A DNA stretch of 64,000 bases from Glycera tridactyla. Lineage: Eukaryota. The DNA is taken from NCBI GenBank assembly GCA_965644265.1, contig OZ286466.1, forward strand, positions 22,134,001 through 22,198,000, read 5' to 3'. Made by a program: the position numbers and the translations under genes. A model generated the notes under the pieces. It was not told the DNA's origin. It did not search any database and saw nothing but the letters and a program-made list of their open reading frames with translations. Shown here one piece after another: positions 50,097-64,000 of the stretch (within the stretch, counting starts at the first letter, position 1; the number at the start of each line of letters is the position of its first letter).

Positions 50097-50845
50097 GGCT
50101 TATCAAATATCATTTTTGTAACTACTTTTTGTGACTTCAGCTGGACGTCCATTGGACGTCTGATGGACGTCCATCAGATGTCTATAGGGCGTCCAATGGA
50201 CGTCCATTGCACGTCGGTGTTGGACGTCCATTGCACGTCCGTTGGACGTCCAAACTCACGTCGATTTATGGACGTCCTCTGGACGTCTATTAGACATCTA
50301 AATTATGACCATCAATACTGTTTGGACCATTGCAATCTTCCCGACGTCCATTGGACGTCCAATGGACGTACAAAATTCGACGCCGTTTTTCTGACGTCCA
50401 TAAGACGTCCAGTGGACGTCCAAATTTGGACCTCCGACAATTCCGACGTCCAATGGACGTCGGCGTGCTATCTGGGTAGAGTCCTGTGATACCATCCTTC
50501 AGATTATGCGTACCCTTATACTTTATCGACAAGATCGACATTTATTTCATTACACCTCATCTTGCATATAAATTGTGCTAAGCAAACTTAGCATTAACAG
50601 ACAAAGTACTAACAAAACCATCAACCATTTTTATCATCAGCTAACTCTTGTCATATGAAAGAATCTATATTGTTTGATACTGCAAAAGATATTGGGGCAT
50701 TAAAGGGCATTAAGATTGCATATTTGAATGTGAGGAGTGTAATCAACAAGTTACATGAGATACATGTTCTACTCTCACAGTCTAATATTGATATTTTAAT
50801 TTTAGGTGAAACTTTTTTGAACTCCAGTATTAATGATGAAACCTT
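50095..50845 (+). repeat. Tandem duplicate of 47037-48620 (right half of GACGTC MITE plus LINE 5' end), lacking the TTAA element
   Basis: ACGGCTTATCAAATATCATTTTTG at 47037 and 50095 (offset 3058, AC microhomology); the copy ends at GATGAAACCTTT near 50845. Confidence 0.85.
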
Positions 50846-53800
50846 TAGAGTGTGCAGTCATCCAATGACATGCTGTGTAAACAATAGCTGCGGTGACACC
50901 GGCATCTGGTCACAAAATGTGTGCTTTCATCCAATCCTGACTGGGCTGGAGTGCCATGTGATCATATGGGAGAGCCAATTCTGGGCTAGATAGGTCTGCA
51001 TTCTGTGGAGGTACTTCAGAATGAGTTCTCCCATCGTGGTTACTACACCCAGCACCCCGACCAGCCTGGAGAGGAAGAAGCTACCGGAGACAGCAGCCAT
51101 TAACACCCTCCCTCTCATGAGGTGAGCAGCAGCAGCAGTGGGAGCTCCACACAGCAGCTTGTCTATGGTTTGACTCCAGGCTACAGAGCAGCAAGAAGAT
51201 TTTGCTGGTAAGTGTCTACTTACTTTGAATGCTTTTTCTTCAAAATGTTGTCATGGTCTAGAATATCACTGCTGTGTTGAACTAGACTTTGTGACATTTT
51301 GGGAAATGAGCTTTATTTCCTATTGTTGCTCCCTGATCCCATGCTCCTGCTTGTTTAATTTTTGTCCTTCTGTCCGTCCGTCTGTCCGTGCGTATGGCCG
51401 TATTGCTTGGTATCTGTTGAATTGTCAAGGCAATACTGCAGGATTGGGGATGATGTTTTATTAGTTTTTCTGTCCTTGAATTAGGATAGGACAGATGTTT
51501 CTGGCAAAACACTGCCAGAAGGGTGGCCCAATGGGCAGCCATTTTGTAAATGACATTCAACTCACAAAGTGGGGGTGGGGTGGTAGCCATGGCCACTTGT
51601 GAGCTGAATTTAGAAGGTAATGATTATGTTGAATCAAGGCTCTGTCTCGACAGACTGAGGCATTGGAGTCTGATTCATTTATTGCTTTATGTTTTATTTT
51701 GATCCAATGTGGTTCACAAATATACTGCTTTGCAGGCCAGAGTGGATATGTCCTTCCATGCTCTGGCTGCACAGACTGTCCAACAAAGCAATCAAACCCA
51801 CTGAAATTTGGTTGGGATCAAGGGTATCTTTCTGAAAACATGAGATATTCCAAATCTTTGGATGTCCTTATGACAAGGGTCAAAAGTAACACTTGGTGCA
51901 AGGTAGAACCTGGATATTGTTGCTTGTGAAATGAAAGCTGAGTGCCCAGATCTAAAAACAATAACAAGGGTACATGCTGTCTAGTGAGCGGTCATGCAGA
52001 ACAAACAGTTCATTGAAGGCATTATGTAACTGTTTGACAGACCATTCTGAACTGCTACTCCTCCACTCTCCAAGTGACTGGTTTATAGTGGTTGTGGATT
52101 CACATGCAGAATTCAGCTGTTGTTTTCACACATATTTTGTGATCTGATGTTTTCTGTCATCAATGGCTTTAATGAAATATTTTCACTTTCTGCCCTTTAA
52201 AACCAGAAGATATCAGCCCTATACATTTTTCTTGATGGTTTGTGTGTAAAGCATGGGCAGAAGAGAATTTTGAGTTTCAAATATTTCTGCTCAAGGAAAC
52301 TGAATACAGCTGTACTCTGGGAATCTAAAACCCCTGTGCTTTCATTTGTGTGTGGTGACCCAGCTACTCAGTGATATCAACATGCGAAATCATTTGTCAC
52401 CATTTTTTCATTCCATCAAATATGCTTATTCATTTTGTGCCACGCAACTTTGTGCCACTCAATGTGCATACAGCTATGAACCAATTCCAAATCACTCACA
52501 ATCATTCATCTCATTGCATCATATCATCACTTATATCATCTTGTTTGTCATCAGTCCCAGTTGATTGTGTGTGTGTTTGTGTTTTGATGAATTGATTCAG
52601 TCAAGATCAAGTGTGATAGGTGTGTAGGGAATGAAGATTGAAATGACTGATCATCTAAGATTTTGCAAACATATCTTTCAACCCAAGATTGAAATCAAAC
52701 CAATTTTCTATAGTGCTTTATATAGTTCAGAGGGACATAGAAGTCAACTCTAGCAATGTGTGTATAGTATAGATATAGGCAGCCAACAATCAGTGGGTGA
52801 AGCAAGGAGTGATGCTTCACTGCACACCACTGTGATCTGTTTGGTCATGCTTCATTGCACATACCTGACACCAGGAATCACCAATCAATCTGCTTGTTAT
52901 TGGAGAAGACCAGGCCTGATAGACATGACCCCAAAAAGTGTTTATGTTCATTATTGTGTTAGTTTTGTTCTGTGCGAATGGCATAAGTGAGTGTTGGTTA
53001 GTTTATGAGAAAAGACAAACTTGTGCAAAGTGAATATCCTAGCTGTCCACATGGTGTATGTAGGTCAAAGTTGACTCAAATTGAGATCACCTGTTGATTG
53101 GAAACTATTCCAGTAGGTGGCAGTCAGACTCTACACTTCAAGCATGAGACATCTGGTGTTAGTTTGGAGAATCATTGGCTATCTGTTTCAAATGAATTTT
53201 GGTCAATACATATGTACACATATTTGAATATTTCTCACTTGAATATTTAGCAATAGAGAACTTGTGCAACTGTTTGAGTGAAAAGTGTTGTGTATGTTCT
53301 TGTCTGTGAGAATGTGTGACCTTTTCCCTCAATAACAAGTTAATATTTAGTATGAGAGTAGTGAACAAGAAATGTCTTCAAAAGGCTGTGTCTCGTTTTC
53401 AATGTTTTGAAATACTTCCAGTGATTGAGTGATTTATTTTCTTTTTCATGCATCCAAAACAGCTGCTATATGTTGGTGTTTTTGTTTTGTTATGCAGCTT
53501 TTTTTGATGGGTGTCTGAAGAAACCATGATGCGCTCAGAAATTTACTGACTTCTGCACTTGGCCAACGTTTAGGTCAGTATATTTTTCTGTAGCCACGAT
53601 GGGAGACCATATTCTCCTTCTCAAAGCATGGACACAGGCTTACACACATTTTTTCTCTGTTTTTGAGGATTTTGGCGTTTGAGAGTCGAGTGACGTCGAG
53701 TGACATCTTGTGATTACGTCAGCAAATCCGGAGCCATGTGACTACATGTGACGCTGTGTGACGTAGCATCTTTGCTGTTCATCTTTACTGATCATATTGG

Positions 53801-54257
53801 TTTGGTTCGGCCAGTCCTGGCTGGTAGCTCTGTACTTCCCAATAAATTGCCCAATTTTCTGGAAGTCATTGTGTCCTGTGGTATTTTCCAGTAACACATG
53901 TTGAAATTTTGAATGGTTTAGAGGTTCATTCAGAGTGCAATTGATTTATCAGGTTGACATTGCTATAAGCCGCGTTGAGCGCAAAATAATTTCCTCTAGA
54001 TGGCGCGCTCGAGTATTTTTTCCTAGATTTTCTTAGCTCAAGAAAGAGAGAGGAGGTGGAGTTATTGAATTTGGGATTAGGCTTGTGTATTTTCATTAAT
54101 GCCTACTGGCTCAGTTGTTGAAATTCCAGGTGCAACTGAGATACAGTTGCTGTGTTGATTGAAGGCTACTAATACTCAGAGATTCGAGGGCTTGACTCCT
54201 GTCGCCCTATAACGAGAATTCTGATCAAATACCAGATCATCACAGGCGAGCATTACA

Positions 54258-56960
54258 TATAGAAGGGTTAGAAGATAAAATTATATCATTAGGATTAGAC
54301 AGGATCTGTGATCAGTTAGTTCTGGGAGAAGTCAATATTGATTTAAATAACAGTAGTGGCTCAAAAAGTTATAGAAGGCTTTGAAATCGAGTAATATGAT
54401 GCAATTAATTACATCGGATACAAGGATCACAAAAGAAACATCAACCCTTATCGATCATATAATAGTTAATAATGTAGCTATGTATCACCAACATGGTATA
54501 TTAGATCTTGGTATATCAGACCATAGTTTGATTGTTACATCTAGGAAAAAAGAATCCCAATCAAGGAAAACTGAATTTGTATATTATAGAGATTATAAAA
54601 AAGCAAACTATAATGGAATAAATGAGGGTATCAGACATTATGAATGGGAGGAGTTTTCCAGATGTGATGACGCTGATAGGTGTACAACTCTATCTCATGA
54701 AGCTATGAATAATATTTCAGGAAAACATGTACCCATGAAGCGATACAAGGTCAGAGAAAACTGGCCTAGTTGGTTGAATGGAGAATATCTAGACTTGGTC
54801 TCTGATTGCCAAAAGGCAAGTAAACAGTATAGATTGTGCAAATCCGCTGAAAATTTCCAATTTGAAAAAGACCTAGAGAAACGTTGTAAAAAACTAAAAA
54901 CTCAGTTACAACGTCAATTTATTGGCGACTCCTTTGTACAAAATTCAGATAATCCTGAACAATTTTGGGAAACAATAAATCACTTCTGAGGCAGATAAAA
55001 ATCTGGAACGAACATCTTACGAATTGCAGATACCACGGGAAATGTAGAAATTGCTGAAAAACTAAACAAATTTTTGGGTGAAATTGAAGTGGTATTAAGA
55101 GACAAAATTCCAGATGATGGAACCGATCCATTTGAAGATTTTCCGGTGAACATAAAACATAAACTATCTCTATTTAATACCAATGAGGAAATAGTAAAGA
55201 GGTTTATAGCAAAAATTATCATAAGCAAAGCAGGTTGGGATGACGGGCTACCAGCTCGAGTGATAAAGCAGTCGATGGATGTAATAACTCCGTTATTAGT
55301 ACATCTATTTGATACTAGTATTAGCACAGGTATATTCCCACAATATTGGAAATCAGCTACAATCATTCCCTTGTACAAAGATGGGTCTAGATTGATTGAA
55401 TCTAATCATAGGCCAATCAGCCTATTGAGTACTGTAAGTAAGATATTTGAAAAAATAATCCATCAACAGGTCTCTACTTATTTTGAAGCCCATGGTCTAC
55501 TGTGTCGGGAGCAGTCTGGGTTCCGGGCAGGTTGCTCCACTGGAACATGCATACTAGAATTTTCAGACAAAATATATTTGAATATTGAAAACAAAACGAC
55601 CAGTGGAGTGATCTTCTTGGACCTCAAGAAGGCTTTCGACACGGTGGATCATGGGATTCTGTTTAAAAAGGTTTGTGAGGTATGGGGCTGATGAAATAAG
55701 TGCAAAGTGGTTTGAGAGTTACCTGACAGAGCGTGTGTGTAGAGTCAGAGTAAATGGGGAATTGTCGCCTGAACTTCCTGTACAGTGTGGTATCCCACAG
55801 GGGTCTATACTGGGTCCCTCATTATTTACAATATATGTCAATGATGTTACACATTTCATGAAGGGACCCAGTATAAACCTCTATGCGGACGACACAGCCA
55901 TCCTGGTAACTGACCCTGATCCAGTATTACTAAAGGATAAACTCACCTCTTCACTTATTAAAGTGAGTAAGTGGCTCCAAAGAAACAAGTTGAGTTTAGA
56001 TTTGAATAAGACAAAGGTAATGCTATTTGGCAGTCGGCCTCAAATAAGGAGATGCAATTTCGAAATTAGTATCAATGGAAACCAAGTAGAGGTCGTACCA
56101 ACTTTTAAGTATCTGGGAGTAATACTGGACAGTTGTCTTATTTTTGCTGCACATGCAGAATATATAAGATCAAAAACCATTGGTACGGTGGGGGTCCTGG
56201 GCAGACTCAGGGATGTGATTAGCAAATCTACATGCCTGATGCTGTACAGGTCCCTCATTCTACCATTGTTCGATTATTGTGACATTGTGTATGACAGTTT
56301 GAATTTAGGGGATGTTTCAAAATTGCAAACAGTGCAAAACAAAGCTCTCAATATAATTGCAAAACGACCTCGTCTAACTAATACGGTGGAAATACACCAA
56401 GAATTGAATATGCCTTTATTAAAGTGTCGTAGGGATGGCCACACACTGATACATGTAAACAAAATACTTGAAAATGATGTACATAGCCAATATACCCCAT
56501 TGTGTCGACTGGCAGTACCCCCACATAGATATTATATAAGATCTGTTGAAAAGCCATATTTAGAGGTATATGCTCCGCAGCGGAAACAAAGTGAGGGATC
56601 GTTTAGATATAGGGGCCCTAGATTGTGGAACTTATGTGTAGATACAATTGTAGGTTGGACCCATTGCGAACATCAGCTATTTTTAGAACAATTACAATCT
56701 TTCTGGTACATATGAACTGGAAACATATTTGTATTATGGATGTATATCTTTATTGATCATATATGGCTACAAAGATACACAAATAGTAAATATCATCATT
56801 TAACACATCATTCATCTTCTCTACTAACTGCTTCTTAGACTACTATCATCATGACATGCAATTGATATATGGAGTATTTGTACTTTCGTCCACATGGGAA
56901 AGCCCCAGATTACTGGGGTAACTTGTTGTATGTGACGAAGCAAAATAAAGTCATATCTAT
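54258..56960 (+). mobile_element. LINE (CR1/L2-group) fragment: end of APE, RT and 3' UTR
   Basis: QSGFRAGCST, IFLDLKKAFDTVDH, GIPQGSILGP, LYADDT, YLGVILD, FDYCDIVY, LQTVQNKAL; AATAAA near 56944. 54258-55496 is near-identical to 48855-50096, including the frameshifts. Confidence 0.92.
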
Positions 56961-59636
56961 CTAACCCGCCACTGCTGGCACCTCTTGCCTGTTGGCACTG
57001 TATGCTGCGTGCTCTGATCTTCTGAACATTTGATCAGCATGACATCTATAGTGAACAAAATACAGTCAGTAGACCATAGATGACTACATTATGACAGCCA
57101 ATTCGAGAAGAGGATTGAAACTACCAGTAGGCACTGGTAGGTGCGAGTGGCATATGGGCGAGTTAGTCAAGGAGTGAGTGAGATATGGTGTACAGGAGCG
57201 ACCTGGTTCATTAACAAAAGGGGTGAGCTCGCACTAGGGTGAGTTGACCGGACACCCTACCTTTGCCACGGTCTCCTGAGCTCAGTCAGCACCCTCACAG
57301 AGGCTGTTGTATGCAGCGCACTGTCAATGCTGACCTGTCACAAGGACATTTTGGAGAAATGTTCGTGTCAAAATCATGCAAAAAAAACTTCTCTACTTAT
57401 CATCTTTTTCTTCATAAGGCTTCATAATAAGGATTTCATAATATTAATTTATGGAGATGAGCTGAATTCATTTCCAGCCCATATATACCATGCAAAAAGC
57501 ATATATACATTAGCCAAATAAATGATATTCACATGAATACATTCAAATACACAAAAACATGTTTACTATCTACATTTACTAGCTACATTCAGCCCAATTT
57601 CGGATGCTTACTATGCTACCAACCTGTTATAATCCCGCGTGGGTTTTTTCAAAACCCATGTGGGATTATTCGAGACTGATTTCAGTGAATATTGTAGGCT
57701 CGTGCGATTTGGTGATGTGGCGTTCATGGGATGGGAAGCGTCTACCTAAGTACTCATCCATATGTCCACATCAATGTTTGGACAGAAAAAACCATCGATC
57801 TATCGAGTGTATTGCAGCCTTTTGTGATAAACAGATCTGACTTAGCAGTCATTTAGAGTGGACAGCCGTGATCAAAGGGATACAAGATCCTTCCGAGATC
57901 AAGCAATGGCCCGTGATTCAGGCAATATCAAGGGCTGACGTTTACTGAATTTCGCTGCGATGAATGGTGCTTGTGCTCCTGGGCTCGATTAGGGCATCTC
58001 TGGTAGGTATAATAGCAGATCACCGTCATGACGTTACCTGACTATCGTTTTGTGATGATTCATACCACCATACATTCACTGGTACCAATCGGATTAGAGG
58101 GGCTTAACCATGTTGTCGGTTCGATGGCAATTGTTCTGGATGTAGGCTGTCTCATTCTTGTGATGTTCCCAAAAATATTGGTCACATGCCCCATGTAGGT
58201 ATTTTCACATGCCAAGCCTATTCTACTCACTCGGTCAATCAATCAACCATAGGCGAGGGTAATGGACATATCAGAGAAACATGCAACCAATCAGTCGTAT
58301 ATAAGAATAGATATTGTTCTAAAGCATTCCAAGAGCAGAAATTCGGTGCAAATGCAATGAGATGGCTAATACTGCTCGCTGATGCCACAATCAAAATCTT
58401 CCTCGATATAATCTTGACGATGAATTTTAGGGAGTGGTTCTTGATGTCTTTCAGATTAGGAGATTGGGGGGGGGGGCAGATTTGTAACTTAATTTCCGAT
58501 GATTTCACTTGGTATAAATGGAATTTTTGTTTCCACATGAGAAACGCTCCTTGACTACAACTATGATACAATGTTTTGTGAAATATATCATATGATCAGA
58601 TATGGATTAGAACATTCTCTTCGCCACAGACATCACTACTCATCACGCCTCATACCCTTAATGCATAATCAACCTGAGAAGCAATTTGATGTCCTATCCC
58701 CAATTCATTCACATTATGAATTCTAAGATCAAATGATAGGAAATGGCAAAAGCAAAGCTGATGTGGGGAACTGTTTCTCTGGTCTGTCACTGGTTTATTG
58801 GAAGGGGTTGGATTTTCAATATCTGGCCCCCAGCTCATGGTATCTGAATTCAAATTTCATAACGTAATGCCCAGTCATGTTGGCCTACACTGGCGATTCT
58901 GAAACTAAATTATCTACAGTTTTAAGAGATGAATTAGATATACAGTGATACAGACAGATAATGACGTGGACATTAAGATGTGAAATCTTTTTTCCTCAGC
59001 CGATAGGTTCTTATCATAAGTAACAAGAAGGTTTGGCCCTTTTATTTCTGAATGGAGAGTGGTCTTTTTCCTTGGATAATAGGTCTCTGTGTCCGCCTAC
59101 CTCATGAAAAAACTATTTTCACTTGGCTAGTTGAAATGGTCGTGTGATAACATGAGAAAGCCCAATGGTCTAGCATTAAACATTGTAAGAGGGATGTATG
59201 ATACCCCATTCCATATTTTCTTGACCATACTACAGAGGCACTGTATCAATGACATATTTGAGACGTGAAGCAATCCATATTTCATCATCAATAACGGTGA
59301 TAATAATGAAAACAAGATGATACAATCCTGATAGGCTTGTGAGATCTTGGTTTCTTTGCACTCAATACATGATATGAAACCCAGTGAAACATATTCGGGA
59401 GCAATATGCAGATGCAATAGACAATATCAGCGACCATGCACTGACGGTGCATACGTAGCGTCATCTGTTGGTCAGTTGATTGCGAAGCAGAGGCACCTGT
59501 CAATGAGCGATGGTGACTGGCCCCCTGTTCATTGACAACTTTATATTCACACACTTGAGGCAGCAGATCATTCATTTCAGCCCTCTAGATGTTCTCATCA
59601 TCATCATCATCATCATCATCCTTCTCCTCCTCCTCT

Positions 59637-59667
<31 letters not shown>

Positions 59668-60537
59668 CATCATCATTCGGAGGATCACATCCAATATCTG
59701 AGAGAAAAAAAGAAATGGATAGAAAAGGTTCGGCTACAGATTTCACATCAAGTTCTGTTTGATGGGACGATGAAAGCAAGTAGATAGAAGCCACTGCTAT
59801 GGAAATGCTGTGGAGCCGTGGCTGTAGAAAGGATCATTTTTCACGCCTTACATTCATGTCTTTCATGCATGAAGGAATACAGAATTGCCTATGAATATTG
59901 TTGTAAAGACAATTATGTTGAATCGATAGTGTGGTTTCGCATGCAGTAAGCTCACTGGATGGAATGACTACTATCATTTCAGCCTTGTACATGCTCTCTA
60001 AATTCTACTTTCCGAGCATGAGCCTATGTGTTTACAATAATGTAATCTACATCAAATTGTCTACACTGAATTCTTCTTTAACTTGGGACACGTGACTGTG
60101 CAATCTTCTCCATCATTCAGGAAAAAAACTTTTGATGACTATTCATCAGATACCATGTATTGCAATGGAGATCGGTGCGGACTGGAAATGGGAGTCAGTG
60201 CTTACAAAGTGACATCTCGTGTCGGAATCCATTTTACGGCTACTGTGACATCTGGTGGAATTGTTTGTGACTATTCCCTGTTAAACCCTATACAATACAG
60301 CATAATATAGTATACTTCTACACAACTTATCATATATGTTGCAATACAATACAATACACCACGATATAATGCAATACAAATATGTTACCTCAAACTCTCT
60401 ATACAGGGGTATGATGCCACCCATTCCATGTGTTGTGATTGGAATGGACAGTGTTAGTAAACATGAGGCTACATGCCAGTCAGTTTTCCACCTTGACGAT
60501 AACAAGACCCTACCAAAGGTGCCTCAATAACAGTATA

Positions 60538-60697
60538 CAGTCAAACCTGTTCTAAGCAGCCACCCTTCGGGAATTCAAAAAGTGGCTGCTTAGGGCAGGT
60601 GGCTTCTTAAAACAGGTGGATTATAGTGAGAAAACCTCCGACGGGGAATTCAAAAGTGGCTGCTTAGTACAGTGGCTGCCTAGGACAGGTTGGACTG
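60538..60697. mobile_element. Tc1/mariner-pogo-type MITE (160 bp)
   Basis: TIRs CAGTCAAACCTGT / ACAGGTTGGACTG (1 mismatch), TA on both sides, internal repeat GGGAATTCAAAA(A)GTGGCTGCTTAG. Confidence 0.85.
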
Positions 60698-60991
60698 TAT
60701 CTAGTAACTATCATGAGAAAATACGTGGGTCCCAGTTAGAGAAATCATACTACAATCTTCCTCCGACATGTGGTCCTTCAAAAATTGATCCAATCATCTT
60801 TTCATTTTGATTTGGTAGTCAAGTTATGAGCGCATTATCAAAATAAGCACGACACTACGGACCATGAGCATTTCAGTGGGCATAGCCATAATTTCTATGA
60901 TGCCTTTCGAAAATCACAGGCAGTGATCAGAAAGCAAAATCGAAAAAGAAGGGTCATTCGCAAGACAATGGGAAGCACATCTGCAGTAGAT

Positions 60992-61924
60992 TTAAATCCT
61001 CTCAGCAGTGAATTCATAAGGTTTGGGCCCTAGGGTCACTAAGAATTCTCCGTTGACTGAAGGCAGTTGACCACTCGACTTGAGCTCGAAACGCTGGAGC
61101 AGGGAAACTCCAAAGATGAACAGCTCCATTCTGGCTAGTTGTTCGCCTAGGCAGATACGGCGTCCTGTAAAGGCAGATGGGTAAAATAGATATGATTCGC
61201 TGGCACTATAATGGATGGATTCCCAGCCTAATGGGCCAACCACCAGACTGAGTGCATGATGGGTAAATGAACCGGCAGAACAAGATCACCAAGGCGGATT
61301 TGGGAGAATTTGTTCAATTGGCTGCCTCAATCACCTGCATTTTTTTACATGAAAATATATCCAATGAGCTCAATGCTCGCTTGTTGAATAAGTATTTGGA
61401 TAACTCAACCTCCAGAAGAAGTGGGCTGTGACACTATACTTGGAGCTGGGACATAACACTAGTAGTTTTTGTATCTATACACTGCTTGAGAGCATTATTT
61501 CTACTCGGTATATGCAAAATATTGAGTAGAATGAATCATATTATAACTGATGGTCCTGCAATGTGATCTCACTAGGCCCTAATCGTGTTTCTATTTTCAG
61601 AAAGCTGCATCGTTTGATAATTAGCACCACAAACGAGATGATCAGTGGATTCGATGGCTTAGATCTCCCTTCGCTTCATATCCACAATGGACAGAATTGT
61701 TTTGAAAGCACACAGACATTAGCAATATCACAGAACAAGTTTGACGATGATGGCAAACAGATTCTATAGAATCGCTGGCTTAATTGAGCTATTTTTACAA
61801 GAATAGAGGCTCGCTTCAAAATGCCAACCAAAGATCGAAGATTGAATGTGACTAGCATCGTTTCAATGCAGTGGAGCAATGAAAATTGTGAAGGTTAACA
61901 TAAATATACAAAAATCATTTTCAC

Positions 61925-61958
<34 letters not shown>

Positions 61959-62705
61959 TCTCTTGTCCCACACCTCCACATCTGCCCTCTACATCTTCCA
62001 GCCCATCATCGAATTTTCATGACCTACTCACCCAATGAGAAAGGTATATAAGATTCATGATTGATTGGTTTTCCCTCTGCATCAATCCATCTCTCTGGTG
62101 AGAATTTCTCAGGTTCATCCCAGACAGTTGGGTCCATGAGGGCGCTGTAGAGGTTCATGATGACTTGTGTTCCTTTTGGAATAACATAGCCACCCATTTC
62201 AATATCTGTTGATGCCGCATGTGGCAATCCGAGTGGTGCTGTGTCAACATAAAAAGAAATAAAAATGCTGTGGTATCAATATGTTGGGTTATCTGAATTT
62301 GAAAGAAGATCGTCGCTGCCCTATCGCGTCCCTTCTCCACCGAGGGTGTGAAATGAATTCGAACACTGTCTATGTTTAATTGTGTCTCGTTTCAAAGTGT
62401 ACGACCACCGACACCACCACCACACTATCACGAGAAAAATTCACCACCATAACGAAACTGATGGGGAGACAAGAGGTACTCCATATCCCTGATGTTGCTG
62501 GTCATATCTGATTTGTAATCATCAATATTGGACCAAGATATTGTGCATCACCGAAAAAGTTTTTTGTATAGCAATATGTTGAGAGAATAAAAGAGAAGGA
62601 CTACTCACCGATGGTGGTGATGCGCAGTAATTCCTTCAGTGTTGCGTCAATATAAACAAGCGATGCGCGATCCTTGGAATTTGGTGGTCGGGACGTGCCA
62701 ATAAC
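60992..62705 (-). CDS. Cytochrome P450, CYP2-clan-like paralogue, last three exons (5' exons beyond window end)
   Basis: Exons 62705-62609 (ELLR), 62238-62032 (APLGLPH, PERW, PFSLG) and 61164-60992 (RRICLG...stop). The first two have the same lengths as in the first CYP (97 and 207 nt). Confidence 0.9.
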
Positions 62706-62780
62706 CTTTATCAATACCAAAAAATCATTTGATTAGTGTAAATTAAAAACTATTCATCAGTCCATACAAATCTGACGTCA

Positions 62781-62814
<34 letters not shown>

Positions 62815-64000
62815 GATGGCATCTATGTATACCCTAACATGATATGTCAAAATATTTCCCATCACTGATGTTGTAGATAATGAAAATATAATTGCTCAAT
62901 TGATCAATCAATCGATTGATTGAACGATCGACTGATTGACGTTTGAAGGCATGTATCATCCCAGATAATTATGTATACCATGTGTCGCTGGTCAATGAAA
63001 GCTAGATGTTTTCTCCCCTGCAGACATCATTCTCACAAACCATGGACATAAGATGGTGGGTAGCATGAAAGTTAGTCAAATGGAAGTAGCTGACAGTTCA
63101 GACAAATCTTTAGATATCTAACATACACATGGCGAACCTTAATATGTCATATCTGACTATATAACTGGCTGAAAGCTGACACTCAAGCATGATAGCAATG
63201 CTTCATTTTGCAAAAATCACAGTACTTGAAAGGAGGAAAAGCATTAGTTTCAGAGAACACTCAACCAGTGCGTTCTATTACCAACTGTCAACTTCAAACC
63301 AACTTCACAATTGTAGGTGCTCTATGCTAAGAGTACAATGCCATCACACTTCCTAGTAAACGCATTTGCAGCCCTACTAGTGCAGGACTGGTGTGCCTGG
63401 TATCCGCTTTTTGCATAGTGCTACATGCAAATCATCAGCCAGCTACACCTAGGACCATTTCACTGAAGAAATAAAGAATAGCTTGACAGGATAGAAAAGA
63501 AGTGGAGAAGATAGTGGCGGTGTAATTTTGGTAGAAGATGCCTAAAGACAGATGATGGAGAATTTCGAAGGTATGTTTCCATTCAACCCACACACTGAAA
63601 GCTATAAAGAAAGAAAAGAAGGGATATACTACACCTAGGTCACATCATCCTCGATGGCAAAACTCTATAGTAAACGTCCCGCTTCCATTGGTGGCTGCCA
63701 TCTATATTTCGTATCGTAGCCCTAGCGGACTACTAAATTCCTACAGGTATCCATATGGAAATACAACTCACACTGAAGTAACTTTCAACAGAATGTCCTG
63801 TGACCACGGGAATTGTGAGAGGAGGGAATCTTCCAGACTATGGCGATACAACCCACGATGATTTGACAAACTTATCTAATTCACGTGTTCACGAAAGTTT
63901 AACTCGAAATACATGCGATACCCCTCGCATGATGGAGGGTGCCAGAAAAGGTCTCTTTTGAGGCCTAATCCTTTTCTGTGTTTGACTGGGGCACACCGAT

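Overview
Eukaryotic (invertebrate animal-like) genomic window with five N gaps. It holds a 10-exon, + strand type I membrane carboxylesterase/neuroligin-like gene (<1-16748) that keeps an intact Ser-Glu-His triad, and two tandem minus-strand CYP2-clan cytochrome P450 paralogues: one complete but frameshifted in exon 1 (37318-44850) and one partial (60992->62705). Decayed LINEs and several MITEs are scattered throughout. The centrepiece is a very young 13.1 kb Penelope-like (Neptune-type) retroelement insertion (20843-33948) inside a (TA)n tract. It is built from two head-to-head copies: 5793-bp inverted arms with only two differences noticed, plus an 868-bp pseudo-LTR direct repeat with a 6432-bp period. 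The element carries two long ORFs in a -1 frame arrangement: a 962-aa ORF1 and an RT + GIY-YIG ORF2. Its pseudo-LTR contains what folds as a discontinuous type I hammerhead ribozyme, with the GUC substrate strand about 300 nt from the catalytic core and a competing anti-substrate helix nearby. Both insertion ends fall on a duplicated 20-nt motif, and the two copies are joined by a 20-nt bridge templated from ORF2. All analysis was done by eye; no database searches or folding programs were run.
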